From: Verrucomicrobia subdivision 6 bacterium
Lineage (GTDB): Bacteria; Verrucomicrobiota; Verrucomicrobiia; Methylacidiphilales; Verrucolacustridaceae
DNA: 43,701 nt
Direction of reading: 5' to 3'
Assembly (NCBI GenBank): GCA_945873585.1
Contig: CAMCDO010000001.1
Span: 1 to 43,701, forward strand
The notes beneath the pieces were generated by a model. That model worked only from the letters and a program-made list of their open reading frames with translations. It did not search any database and had not been told where the DNA came from. Positions within the stretch are counted from its first letter, which is position 1. Each line of letters begins with the position of its first letter. A program made the translations under genes and the position numbers. Positions 9,032 through 18,497 of this stretch are shown here, in pieces.

Positions 9032-11623
9032 ATGGAACCTGTCGCGGATCTGCAGCCAAGGTGGCCGGTGACAATCTCGGTCGTTCCCCGTGTCCCTGAA
9101 GGGTTAGAATCTCTGCGTAACTTGGCTTTTAATCTTTGGTGGAGTTGGAATTACGATGCGCTGGATCTTTTTAAAGAGTTGGACCCAGAGTTGTGGGAGT
9201 CGTGTGGGCATAGCCCAATCAAAATGTTGCGTCTGGTCAAGCAGGCTAAGCTAGAAGCGGCGGCAAAGGATAAGTCGTACCGAGATCAGGTGGAGAAGAT
9301 GCATGATCGGCTGAAGGCTTATTTGGAAAGAAAAGACACTTGGTTTACAAAGAATCTTCCTCAAGAAAAAAAAGATAATCCTTTCGTTGCCTATTTCTCA
9401 GCGGAATTTGGCTTTCACGAGTCGTTGCCTAACTATTCGGGTGGTTTAGGCATTCTTGCGGGAGATCACTGTAAATCGGCTAGTGATTTGGGTTTGCCCT
9501 TTGTGGCGGTGGGGTTGCTGTATCGTTTCGGCTATTTTTTCCAGAAGATTAATCGGGAAGGGTGGCAGGAAGCCTCAGCGGTAGATAATGTATTCCAAGA
9601 TTTGCCAGTACGTGAGGCGTTGGCGGAGGATGGGAAAAGTCCCATTGTGGTGGAGTTGGATTTGCCTGGAAGAAAAGTAAAAGCCAAGGCTTGGGAGGTG
9701 CGCATTGGGCTGACGCGGCTTTTTCTTCTGGATACGGATCTTCTGGAGAACTCGATCGATGATCGGCGAATTACCTATCAGTTGTACGGGGGAGATCACG
9801 AGATGCGCTTGCGGCAGGAGATAGTTTTAGGAATCGGCGGAGTCAAGGCTTTGGCGGCGATGGGATTAAATCCTTCGGTTTTTCACATGAATGAAGGGCA
9901 CGCCGCCTTTCTTGGGTTGGAGAGGATTCGGCGATTAATTGTCGAGGAAAAGCTTAGCTTTATTGAAGCGCTCCAGTTTGTGGCGGCGAGCGGGGTATTT
10001 ACAACGCACACGCCCGTTCCAGCAGGAAACGACGCCTTCAGTCCTGCACTGATGGAGGAGTATTTCGGTCGTTATCTGCAGGAGTGTAAGATTGGTTTGG
10101 CGGATCTGCTTAAGCTGGGGCGTCCCTGGGCTTTCACGGAGGAGGAGCCTTTTAGTATGACGATTTTGGCTCTGCGCCTCTCACGGCAGGCGAATGGAGT
10201 GAGTGCGATTCACGGAAAGGTCTCCCGCGGAATGTGGCAGAACGTGTGGCCAGGAGTACCGAAACCAGAGATTCCGATTCGGCATGTTACGAATGGGATT
10301 CATACGATGACTTGGATGGCGCCGGAGATTCGGGCGCTTCTAGAGAAGCAGGGAGGTCCGATGACCGAGGAGGACCTAGCCAAGGCAGAGGAGTGGAAGA
10401 AGCGGGTTGCTTTTAAAGACAAAGAGTATTGGACGACCCATCAGAAGTTGAAGTTGCAGTTGTTAAATTTTGTTCGGGACAAGGCGAGAGCCCAACGCCT
10501 AAGAAATGGGGCGACCCCTGGTGAGATCCGGGCGACGGATCAACTATTTGACCCTAAGGCCTTGACGATTGGTTTTGCACGGCGTTTTGCGACCTACAAG
10601 CGGGCGGCGCTGCTTTTCCGTGATCTGGATAAGTTGGCGGAGATCGTCAATGACTCAGAGCGCCCAGTGCAGTTTCTCTTTGCGGGCAAATCTCATCCAG
10701 CGGATGAAGGGGGCAAAAAGCTGATCCAGCAGATCGTGCAGATTGCCGCCATGCCCCAGTTTAAGAACCGGATCTTGTTTGTGGAGAATTACGACTTTAA
10801 TGTGGCCCGTTTTCTTTATCATGGCTGTGATGTTTGGTTGAATAACCCGACTCGTCCGCTGGAAGCGAGTGGAACCAGCGGGGAGAAGGTGATCACTAAC
10901 GGTTGTTTAAACTTTAGCGTGCGGGATGGGTGGTGGGATGAGGCCTATGACGGTACGAACGGCTGGGCGATTGGAGACGACACCTTCCGATTGGAGCCTG
11001 AGGTGCAGGATGAGTTCGATGCTTTCTCGATTTACGAAATTCTGCGTCGCGAGATTGTCCCTCTCTATTATGACCAGGATGCTGAGGGGGTGCCGAAGCG
11101 TTGGATTGAGAGAGTGCGTCGTAGTTTAATGACGATCGGTCCTGTTTATAATACCTCGAGGATGGTGGCAGACTACGCAGGGGTGTTTTACCGAAAGGCG
11201 TCGGAGAAAGGTCGAATGTTTGCGGAGAACAAGTGGGCAAAGTCGAAAGAGCTAGCAGTTTGGAAAGAAAAAGTTCGGCAAGCATGGCCAGAAGTGCGGG
11301 CGAATGCGGTCACCTGGAATGGTCCGACACGGACTACGGTGAGCGTGGGGGATACGGTTCCGGTGACAACTAATGTATTTCTGGGAGCCTTGCAAGGTGG
11401 GGAGGTAGCGGTGGAGGCCTATTTGAAGGCGATCGAGCCAGGGGGTATTTCCAAAGTGGTTCCGTTGGAAGCAACGGGTGGGGTAGTGAATGGATGGCAA
11501 AGTTATGCGGGGCGTGTTTCGGTAGAGGATTCGGGCAACTTCAATTTCAATGTGAGAGTGAGACCTTCCCATCCTTCTTTGACTCAGGCGCACGAACTTC
11601 GTTTGATCACTTGGGCTGATTGA
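9032..11623 (+). CDS. glgP: alpha-glucan (glycogen) phosphorylase
   Basis: YSGGLGILAGD, HMNEGH, FARRFATYKR, PLP-lysine motif EASGTSGEK. Confidence 0.96.
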   Translation: MEPVADLQPRWPVTISVVPRVPEGLESLRNLAFNLWWSWNYDALDLFKELDPELWESCGHSPIKMLRLVKQAKLEAAAKDKSYRDQVEKMHDRLKAYLERKDTWFTKNLPQEKKDNPFVAYFSAEFGFHESLPNYSGGLGILAGDHCKSASDLGLPFVAVGLLYRFGYFFQKINREGWQEASAVDNVFQDLPVREALAEDGKSPIVVELDLPGRKVKAKAWEVRIGLTRLFLLDTDLLENSIDDRRITYQLYGGDHEMRLRQEIVLGIGGVKALAAMGLNPSVFHMNEGHAAFLGLERIRRLIVEEKLSFIEALQFVAASGVFTTHTPVPAGNDAFSPALMEEYFGRYLQECKIGLADLLKLGRPWAFTEEEPFSMTILALRLSRQANGVSAIHGKVSRGMWQNVWPGVPKPEIPIRHVTNGIHTMTWMAPEIRALLEKQGGPMTEEDLAKAEEWKKRVAFKDKEYWTTHQKLKLQLLNFVRDKARAQRLRNGATPGEIRATDQLFDPKALTIGFARRFATYKRAALLFRDLDKLAEIVNDSERPVQFLFAGKSHPADEGGKKLIQQIVQIAAMPQFKNRILFVENYDFNVARFLYHGCDVWLNNPTRPLEASGTSGEKVITNGCLNFSVRDGWWDEAYDGTNGWAIGDDTFRLEPEVQDEFDAFSIYEILRREIVPLYYDQDAEGVPKRWIERVRRSLMTIGPVYNTSRMVADYAGVFYRKASEKGRMFAENKWAKSKELAVWKEKVRQAWPEVRANAVTWNGPTRTTVSVGDTVPVTTNVFLGALQGGEVAVEAYLKAIEPGGISKVVPLEATGGVVNGWQSYAGRVSVEDSGNFNFNVRVRPSHPSLTQAHELRLITWAD

Positions 11624-11710
11624 TCTGGTGGTTTTGATCCGCACGGGTTGTGGAATTTGTACACAGCGTAAAGGCATGGCTGGTAGAGCAATAAGAATAC
11701 GCCCGAAGGT

Positions 11711-11738
11711 TTGACCCTTTTTTCAAAATCGCTAAGGT
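11711..11738 (+). promoter_or_regulatory. sigma70-type promoter for shc (very short or no leader)
   Basis: TTGACC (11711-16), 16 bp, TAAGGT (11733-38), 8 nt, ATG 11747. Confidence 0.5.
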
Positions 11739-11746
11739 TATTGGCT

Positions 11747-13735
11747 ATGTCGACGTCAGAAGTTCAAACCAGCTATGCCAAAGGATCCAAGCCTGAGTTA
11801 GTCGGGATTGATCATGCTGAGGTTGATTTGGGTCGCTTGCGTAAAACGGTTGAGGCTTCGCGGGATTATCTCCTCGGATTACAAAAACCTGAAGGCTACT
11901 GGGTAGGGGAGTTGATCGTGGATACCACGGTGATCTGTGATTACCACTTATTGATGTATTTGCGGGGGAAGATTGATCGGGTGAAGGAAGCCAAGATCGT
12001 GCGGAATATTTTGCAACGGCAGTTGCCTGACGGTGGGTGGCCAATTTATTTCGGAGGTCCGAGTAATGTGACCGCCACGGTGAAATGTTATTTCAGTTTG
12101 AAGCTGGCTGGCTTTACTCCCGATGAGCCAGAAATGAAAAGAGCTCGGGCGACGGCGCTTCGGTTGGGCGGTATTCCGCGAACGAACACTTATTGCAAAT
12201 TATACTTGGCGATGCTGGGGCAGTACCCCTGGAAGTATTTACCCAACATTCCCCCCGAGATTTTGCTTCTACCAAATTGGGCGCCTTTCAACATTTTTGA
12301 GATGAGTTCTTGGACTCGGGCAATTGTGGTGACGCTTTCGGTGATACGAAGTTTCCGTCCTACGACCCATCTGCCCCCCGAAAAGCAGTTGCACGAGCTT
12401 TATCCCTATGGGGTTGAGGGAGGGCCTTTTCTGCATCCGGTGGAGAGCCGCTTCTTCTCGATGAAAAACTTCTTTGTCCGAGTGAATGATCTCTTGGGGT
12501 TTTTGGAAGGGCTTTCGTGGAAACCTTTTCGGAAGCGTGCTTTGCAAGTCGCGGAACGGTGGATCCTTGATCGGACAGGGCCCGAATCAGAGGGTTTAGC
12601 GGCTATCTTTCCTTCGATGATGAACACGATTCTGGCTTTTCAGTGTTTGGGCTACTCGGACGAGCATCCCGCGATGCGTAAGGCGACGCGGGATTTGGAG
12701 GCACTGGAGGTTGATGACTCCGAAAATAGTGATTTTCGAATTCAGCCTTGTCTTAGTCCAGTTTGGGATACGGCAATTACGATGACGGCGCTCTCGGCGG
12801 CTGGAGTGAAGCCGGATGCTCCCGCGATGACTTTGGGGGCTGATTGGCTGTTGTCTAAGGAAGTGAAGATGCGTGGGGATTGGGCGGTGAAGAATCCGAC
12901 GAAGGTGACCGGCGGGTGGGCTTTTGAATTTGCCAATGATTGGTATCCCGACATTGACGATACGGCCAAAGTTCTGCTGGGTCTGCGACAGGCTCGGGCG
13001 AGTGACCCAGCCCAGCAGAAGGGGGCGACCGAGCGTGGACTGGCTTGGGCTCGTAGTTTTCAGTGTGATAACGGGGGGTACGGAGCCTTTGACAAGAACG
13101 TGAATAAGGAGTGGCTGGAGGATGTGCCTTTTGCCGATCATAACGCAATTTTGGATCCACCCTGCGCCGATATCACGGGTCGTCTTTTAGAGACGATGGG
13201 TAAATGTGGGGTAAGTAAAAAAGATCCACAGATTGCGCGGGCCCTCCGGTTTTTACGGGAGACGCAAGAAGAAGATGGATCTTGGTATGGGCGTTGGGGA
13301 GTAAACTTTATTTATGGAACGTGGCAAGTGCTGCGTGGTCTGCAGGCAATCGGTTACGATATGAACGAGCACTGGGTCATTCGTGGGCGGGACTGGCTGG
13401 AGTGTGCGCAGAATCCTGACGGGGGTTGGGGTGAGAGCTGTGGTTCATATGATGACACTCGCTTAAAAGGGCGCGGAATCAGTACGGCTTCGCAAACGGG
13501 TTGGGGACTGATGGGGTTGTTGGCTTGCGGGGATTTACAAAGGCCCAGCCTAAGGCGGGCGGTTCGTTACCTGATGGAAACTCAACAAAAAGATGGAAGC
13601 TGGGAAGAGAAGTACAGCACGGGAACAGGTTTCCCCTGCGTTTTTTATCTGCGTTATGATATGTATCGAAATAACTGGCCACTGCTTGCTCTTGGGGAGT
13701 ACCAGGAATTGTTGAAGTCGTCTGGTGGGCATTAG
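11747..13735 (+). CDS. shc: squalene-hopene cyclase
   Basis: catalytic DIDD in WYPDIDDTA, QW repeats (QKPEGYW, QLPDGGW, QEEDGSW, QNPDGGW, QQKDGSW), SPVWDT, GTGFP. Confidence 0.97.
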   Translation: MSTSEVQTSYAKGSKPELVGIDHAEVDLGRLRKTVEASRDYLLGLQKPEGYWVGELIVDTTVICDYHLLMYLRGKIDRVKEAKIVRNILQRQLPDGGWPIYFGGPSNVTATVKCYFSLKLAGFTPDEPEMKRARATALRLGGIPRTNTYCKLYLAMLGQYPWKYLPNIPPEILLLPNWAPFNIFEMSSWTRAIVVTLSVIRSFRPTTHLPPEKQLHELYPYGVEGGPFLHPVESRFFSMKNFFVRVNDLLGFLEGLSWKPFRKRALQVAERWILDRTGPESEGLAAIFPSMMNTILAFQCLGYSDEHPAMRKATRDLEALEVDDSENSDFRIQPCLSPVWDTAITMTALSAAGVKPDAPAMTLGADWLLSKEVKMRGDWAVKNPTKVTGGWAFEFANDWYPDIDDTAKVLLGLRQARASDPAQQKGATERGLAWARSFQCDNGGYGAFDKNVNKEWLEDVPFADHNAILDPPCADITGRLLETMGKCGVSKKDPQIARALRFLRETQEEDGSWYGRWGVNFIYGTWQVLRGLQAIGYDMNEHWVIRGRDWLECAQNPDGGWGESCGSYDDTRLKGRGISTASQTGWGLMGLLACGDLQRPSLRRAVRYLMETQQKDGSWEEKYSTGTGFPCVFYLRYDMYRNNWPLLALGEYQELLKSSGGH

Positions 13736-13776
13736 CCCCTTGATGGGTTCGGGTTAAAGGCAAAGAAACCGCCTCG

Positions 13777-14499
13777 ATGATTACGGATTCAGCTTTGCCC
13801 GTTGGAATCCTTTTTCCGATGGAGTTTGAGGCAGAACTTATTTGGAGAAAGATGCGCGGAGCTTCGAGGATGGAGGAAGGTTTAGAAACTAAGCGTGGGG
13901 TGTGGTCGAACACGCCGATAGTCTCGGCCCGAACGGGTATGGGGCATGCGGGGTTAACTGAGAAGGTGGGGAGCTGGTTAAAGAAGAATCCGTGCCGTGC
14001 GGTGATATTGGCGGGATTGGCGGGGGCCTTGGATCCGGCTTGGGAAGAGGGTGATCTAACCTCTTTTCGATCGGAGGAGTGGGATGAGTTTCATCAGTGG
14101 AGCAAGATGCATCCCAAAGTGCGGCCTGGGAAATGGCACACAGCGCGGGAGATCATTGCGACTGGGGAGGCGAAGATTGCTTTAGGAAAGCGAACGGGGT
14201 GTGGGATCGTGGAGATGGAGTGGGATTATGTGGCGAAGGCGTGTTACGAACAGGGGGTTCCACTGGTGGGGTTGCGAGGGGTAAGTGATCGTGCGGACAA
14301 ACTGTTGCCTGCGGATCTTTTCCTTCTTGGGTGCGATGCGGTGACAGGAAAAAGCACTCCGATGAAAATTGCGTTACATTTGGCGGTTCGGCCTTGGCGC
14401 CTGATCGAGCTTCTGCCAGCGGTATCAGGTTGCACCCATGCGCGGAACGAGGTGAGCAGAGCGTTGAAGGATTTTTTGGATGGGTTGAGTGGGCAGTAG
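13777..14499 (+). CDS. hopanoid-associated nucleosidase/phosphorylase (PNP_UDP family, HpnG-like)
   Basis: RTGMG, ILAGLAGALDP, VEME, LRGVSDRAD; directly downstream of shc. Confidence 0.75.
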   Translation: MITDSALPVGILFPMEFEAELIWRKMRGASRMEEGLETKRGVWSNTPIVSARTGMGHAGLTEKVGSWLKKNPCRAVILAGLAGALDPAWEEGDLTSFRSEEWDEFHQWSKMHPKVRPGKWHTAREIIATGEAKIALGKRTGCGIVEMEWDYVAKACYEQGVPLVGLRGVSDRADKLLPADLFLLGCDAVTGKSTPMKIALHLAVRPWRLIELLPAVSGCTHARNEVSRALKDFLDGLSGQ

Positions 14500-14630
14500 G
14501 CCATATCTGACTCAGAGTTAGGCTGGGTTAGTTTCACCAGCCAAAGCGGCAGAAAACTGGCCCGTAAATACCTTCTGGGCGACAACATACGAGGCCTAGG
14601 ACCCCTTGGAATTGGGGTTAGCTTATAGAT

Positions 14631-16817
14631 TTACCCGACGACTTCGGCGGCTTGAAAGCCTGAGACTGTGGCACCCTCAATGGTGGCGGGCAGGCACGTT
14701 TCGATCCAATCCCCAGCTAAAAATAGGTTTTCTACGGTGGTAACGGCTCCAGGTCTAGCGAGGGGCTTGCCGCGTTCCCCATGGAAGGTGGCGTCGCGAG
14801 ATTTGTAGACGAGGTGGTGGGTAACTACGGCAGAACGACTTTCGGGCAGAAGACGATGAATTTCGTGGAGGATAAGTTCGACCAGTTCTTTTCCGGTTTG
14901 ATCGATAAGTTCGCCGACCGCACTGATGACGGCGGCGTAAAGGTGGCCTTTGGCGCCTGAGGGAAGAGTGGAGGTGCGATCAAAAACCCAGTGAAGAGGG
15001 GAATCAAGAAAACCGGTGATAAGATCTGCGGTCAGGGGTCGATCTGTCCAAAGATGAACGCCGAGGATGGGTCCTGGCAAAAGAGAGCGGGCCAGAGTGG
15101 TGGCATGATCGGAAGCTGGAAGAAGTTTTGCCGCGGCAGTCCAAGGTACGGCCAAGACCACCTGATCGAAAAACCGCTCCTCCCCGTTCTTGAGGATGAT
15201 GGAGGTGACACGATGGTTGGATTCGTCGTAGCGCAGGGATTCGATGGGTTGAGCCAGGTGGAGTTGGCCACTGGTGGCCTGAAGAAATGCCCCTAACTCA
15301 GGATGGATTAAGTTGGAGAGGCCATGTTTGTCGAAATAAATGGCGGCGTCTTTGGCTGAGGCAAAGAGAGCTCGGCGGGTGACTTCCCAGAACAGTTTGG
15401 CATCGGCGTTCTGGGTGGGTGCATTGAGGGCAGCGAGGCAGAAGGGCTCCCAAAGTGCACGAATCGAGCCGGGGGTTTGCGCTAAACGTTCCAGCCAAGT
15501 CTGGGTGTCTTCGCCTGGCTTGGGGGGCTGGCGATTGGCGCGGCGGGGGAAGTTAAGGATAGCCCAGCGATCGGCATGGTTGACTTCACGAAAGCCGAAA
15601 AGACCAAGGAGAAGATGAAAGGGTGGCGGCAGGGAAGAGGAGCGAAGAATAGAACGACCCTTTTGGGCGCTGACAAACGAGAGATCGAGGCGCTGGTGCT
15701 TTTCGAGGCGGTCATCATTGCCGAGGGCTTCGATGAGCTCGAGGGTGCGGTGATAGCATCCCATGAGAATGTGTTGGCCATTGTCCAGAGTGGTTTCGGT
15801 TTTTGCTTCTCGATAGCTATGGGCACGACCACCGAGATATGGCTTCGCTTCAAAAAGTTCCACGGAATGGCCTGCTTGGGTTAGGCGGTAGGCTGCGGCA
15901 CAACCGGCAAAACCGCCGCCGATAACGGCAATTTTGGAGGGTAACCGTCGAGAAAGAATGGGTTTTCCTAGGCGGTTTCGTTCTCGGCGCAAAGCTTTCA
16001 GTTTTTCCCAACGCGAAAGTTTTACGGGGCCACGAAGGACTTCGAAGTTGCGACTGCGGATCTTTTCCAGGAGATCGCGGTAGACTCCGGTCATGAGGAG
16101 GGCGGCGGAGAGGTGGGGGCGGTCCGAGGGAGGAATGAGACGATCAGCTTTTTCGAAATAGTGGCGGGCGCGAAAGTATTGCAGACGAAGAAGGCGACGC
16201 ATACCCGGGGTGGGATGAGACTTGCGAAAATCTTCTTCGGTCACGGCAAAAGCTCTGCACTCCTCTTGGGGAAGATAGATGCGGCCGTAGGTTTTGAGGT
16301 CGTGGGAAACATCGCGCAAGATATTGGTTAACTGAAAAGCGAGGCCCAAGGCGACGGCGTAGTCGGTGGCGGCCCTAGTTTGGCAGGTGAAAATATTAAT
16401 AGAAACAAGGCCAACGGCGGAAGCCACTCGGTAGCAGTATTTCTCAAGGTCTTGGAAGGTTTCATATCGGTTCTTGGTCAGATCCATCTCAACTCCGGCG
16501 ATAATCTCGAGGAGCGGTTCGGGAGGGATTAAGTATTGGCGGACGACGGGTGCTAACTCTTGGGCGAGAGGCTGGATGGGCTTCCCGCGGTAAATAGCTT
16601 TGATATCTTCCCGCCAGAGTTGAAGTTTGGCCTGACGCTCTGGAAGAGGGCGGGTGGTTTCATCAGCAATATCGTCGACGGTCCGGCAAAAGGCATAAAA
16701 GGATGACATGGCCTGCCGCTGTTCTCGCGGTAGACAGATAAAAGAAAGGGCGAGATTCGAACCGCTTTTTCGAGTGATTCGTTCCCCAGTGCCGAGAGGA
16801 GGAAGTGGAGTGCTCAT
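14631..16817 (-). CDS. hpnDE: fused presqualene diphosphate synthase (HpnD) and hydroxysqualene dehydroxylase (HpnE)
   Basis: N-half: YAFCRTVDDIAD, CYRVASAVG, AFQLTNILRDV; C-half: IAVIGGGFAG, LDNGQHILMGCY, LAGDW...LPATIEGA; ATG 16817 overlaps the hpnC stop (ATGA); 728 aa. Confidence 0.88.
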   Translation of the reverse strand: MSTPLPPLGTGERITRKSGSNLALSFICLPREQRQAMSSFYAFCRTVDDIADETTRPLPERQAKLQLWREDIKAIYRGKPIQPLAQELAPVVRQYLIPPEPLLEIIAGVEMDLTKNRYETFQDLEKYCYRVASAVGLVSINIFTCQTRAATDYAVALGLAFQLTNILRDVSHDLKTYGRIYLPQEECRAFAVTEEDFRKSHPTPGMRRLLRLQYFRARHYFEKADRLIPPSDRPHLSAALLMTGVYRDLLEKIRSRNFEVLRGPVKLSRWEKLKALRRERNRLGKPILSRRLPSKIAVIGGGFAGCAAAYRLTQAGHSVELFEAKPYLGGRAHSYREAKTETTLDNGQHILMGCYHRTLELIEALGNDDRLEKHQRLDLSFVSAQKGRSILRSSSLPPPFHLLLGLFGFREVNHADRWAILNFPRRANRQPPKPGEDTQTWLERLAQTPGSIRALWEPFCLAALNAPTQNADAKLFWEVTRRALFASAKDAAIYFDKHGLSNLIHPELGAFLQATSGQLHLAQPIESLRYDESNHRVTSIILKNGEERFFDQVVLAVPWTAAAKLLPASDHATTLARSLLPGPILGVHLWTDRPLTADLITGFLDSPLHWVFDRTSTLPSGAKGHLYAAVISAVGELIDQTGKELVELILHEIHRLLPESRSAVVTHHLVYKSRDATFHGERGKPLARPGAVTTVENLFLAGDWIETCLPATIEGATVSGFQAAEVVG

Positions 16818-17743
16818 CCGCCAAAGAAGGCCTGGATCGCCAAACGGATGAAATCGAGTTTCTTGACGATGGGTCGATGGGTAAGGGTGTCGTAGTTCTG
16901 CCGTTCGATCTTGCGGAGAATCTCGGTTCCCCCAAGCCAAGTGAGACGGATCTCCCAAGAGAGAGGGCGTTTTAGTCGATGAGTGAGTGGTTCGCCTTGA
17001 TGGAAAAACTCCCAAGCGCGCTCTGACTGGTAGCGAAGAAGATTACAAAAATTGGGAGTGATTTTTCCTGCGAAGAGGTCCTGTTCGGTCACACCGAATC
17101 TCGGGAGATCATCGAGAGGAAGGTAAATGCGGTCCTTACCGAGATCGACAGAGACGTCCTGCCAAAAATTGGCTAATTGGAGCGCGGTACAGATGTGGTC
17201 GGAGAGTTGGGCTAGTTCGCCGCTTCGTTCTCCATGGATTAGGAGGACAAGGCGGCCGATAGGGTTGGCGCTACGACGGCAGTAGTCGAGGACGTCGGAG
17301 AAGCTTTGATAACGGCGTTGGACAATGTCTTGCTCGAAAGCGCTGAGCAGGTCGGAAAAAAGCGATTCGGGGAGATTGAGTTCGGCCTGAGTTTTCTGGA
17401 GTGGGGCAAAGATCCAAGCGTAGGTGGGGTCGTAGGGAAGGCCTTTTTGGGCGTTCTGCCAAGCTTGACGGTATTGGCGGAAGATATGGAGGCGCTGGGC
17501 TTCGCTGGGGGCGGATTGGAGAGGGGACTTGTGGCGAGGATCGGCATAACCTTCGTCGGCGAGATCGTCGGCGACGCGGGCGAAGGCATAGACAGCGTGG
17601 ACATGGTGGCGAAGTTTTTTGGGGACGAGGCGTCCAACTGGAAAGTTCTCGTAATGGGTTTGGGCCAACTGAGTGCAGGCCGCATAGGGGTTAAGCACAG
17701 AGGGCGGGGTTTGGGTGAGTGGGGGAACAGTGCTCTGAAGCAT
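16814..17743 (-). CDS. hpnC: squalene synthase HpnC (hydroxysqualene synthase)
   Basis: HYENFPVG, YAFARVADDLADEG, YCRRSANPIGRLVL, ALQLANFWQDV. Confidence 0.93.
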   Translation of the reverse strand: MLQSTVPPLTQTPPSVLNPYAACTQLAQTHYENFPVGRLVPKKLRHHVHAVYAFARVADDLADEGYADPRHKSPLQSAPSEAQRLHIFRQYRQAWQNAQKGLPYDPTYAWIFAPLQKTQAELNLPESLFSDLLSAFEQDIVQRRYQSFSDVLDYCRRSANPIGRLVLLIHGERSGELAQLSDHICTALQLANFWQDVSVDLGKDRIYLPLDDLPRFGVTEQDLFAGKITPNFCNLLRYQSERAWEFFHQGEPLTHRLKRPLSWEIRLTWLGGTEILRKIERQNYDTLTHRPIVKKLDFIRLAIQAFFGG

Positions 17744-17792
17744 CGAAAAATAATTACAGAAAGGAGGGCGTGAGGCGAGACGACAAGTGGCC

Positions 17793-17826
17793 TTGACCCT
17801 AAAGCGAAAGAGTATACATATGTGTA
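17793..17826 (+). promoter_or_regulatory. lexA promoter with overlapping imperfect palindrome (candidate operator)
   Basis: TTGACC at 17793-98; TATACATATGTGTA at 17813-26 (6 of 7 symmetric pairs) abutting ATG 17827. Confidence 0.5.
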
Positions 17827-18444
17827 ATGAAGCAGGCCAAAGGTTCCGCAGAAAAGATCATTGGTTTCATCCGCTCGGCTTCGCGTCGATACCAGCGTCC
17901 CCCGACGATTCGAGAAATTCAGGCTGCCTTGGGATTTAAAAGTCCGCGGGCGGTGACCTATTTTCTCGAAAAACTTGAGAAAGCGAGGCGGGTGGTTCGG
18001 CGGGGGCGTTCGAGAGGGATTTTCCTGGTTGGGGAGGAGCGGGGGGAGGAGATGGCGGGAGTTGGCTTGCCCTTCTTTTCCGCGATTCCAGCAGGGCGGG
18101 GAGATGTGGCGGATGGAGTTCCGGAGAAGCATTTGCAGATTGAGCCTAGTCTTTTCGGGTTACGGAAAGCGGGGAATGCCTTTGTGGTGAAAGTGCGTGG
18201 ACGAAGTATGGAAGGAGCGGGAATTCGGGATGGGGATTTGGCAGTCTTGGAGAAGCGGGAAGCGAAAGCTGGGGAAGTGGTGGCAGCGTTGTTCGATGGT
18301 GAAGTGACATTAAAGCGCTTGATGGGAACGGGGAGGAACTTATTCCTTCAATCTGAAAATCCTGATTATCCCGATCTGCGGCCACGGCAAGAGATGGAGA
18401 TTCAGGGGGTGCTGGTGGGTCTAGTTCGTCGTTGGCAGAGCTGA
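17827..18444 (+). CDS. lexA: LexA SOS repressor
   Basis: PPTIREIQAALGFKS winged HTH, A-G cleavage site (IPAG), catalytic Ser in GRSM and Lys in VTLKR. Confidence 0.93.
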   Translation: MKQAKGSAEKIIGFIRSASRRYQRPPTIREIQAALGFKSPRAVTYFLEKLEKARRVVRRGRSRGIFLVGEERGEEMAGVGLPFFSAIPAGRGDVADGVPEKHLQIEPSLFGLRKAGNAFVVKVRGRSMEGAGIRDGDLAVLEKREAKAGEVVAALFDGEVTLKRLMGTGRNLFLQSENPDYPDLRPRQEMEIQGVLVGLVRRWQS

Positions 18445-18497
18445 ACAACTCAGAAAAAAATCTGGTCGAAAGGGATGGGGTAAGGCCACGATCAAGG

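Noticed and set aside
16818-17015. 66-codon N-terminal extension of the hpnDE ORF
   Set aside because: Lies within hpnC; the ATGA overlap at 16817 gives a better start.
17239-18132. 297-aa minus-strand ORF spanning hpnC and lexA
   Set aside because: Overlaps two well-supported genes; low-complexity product with no domain.
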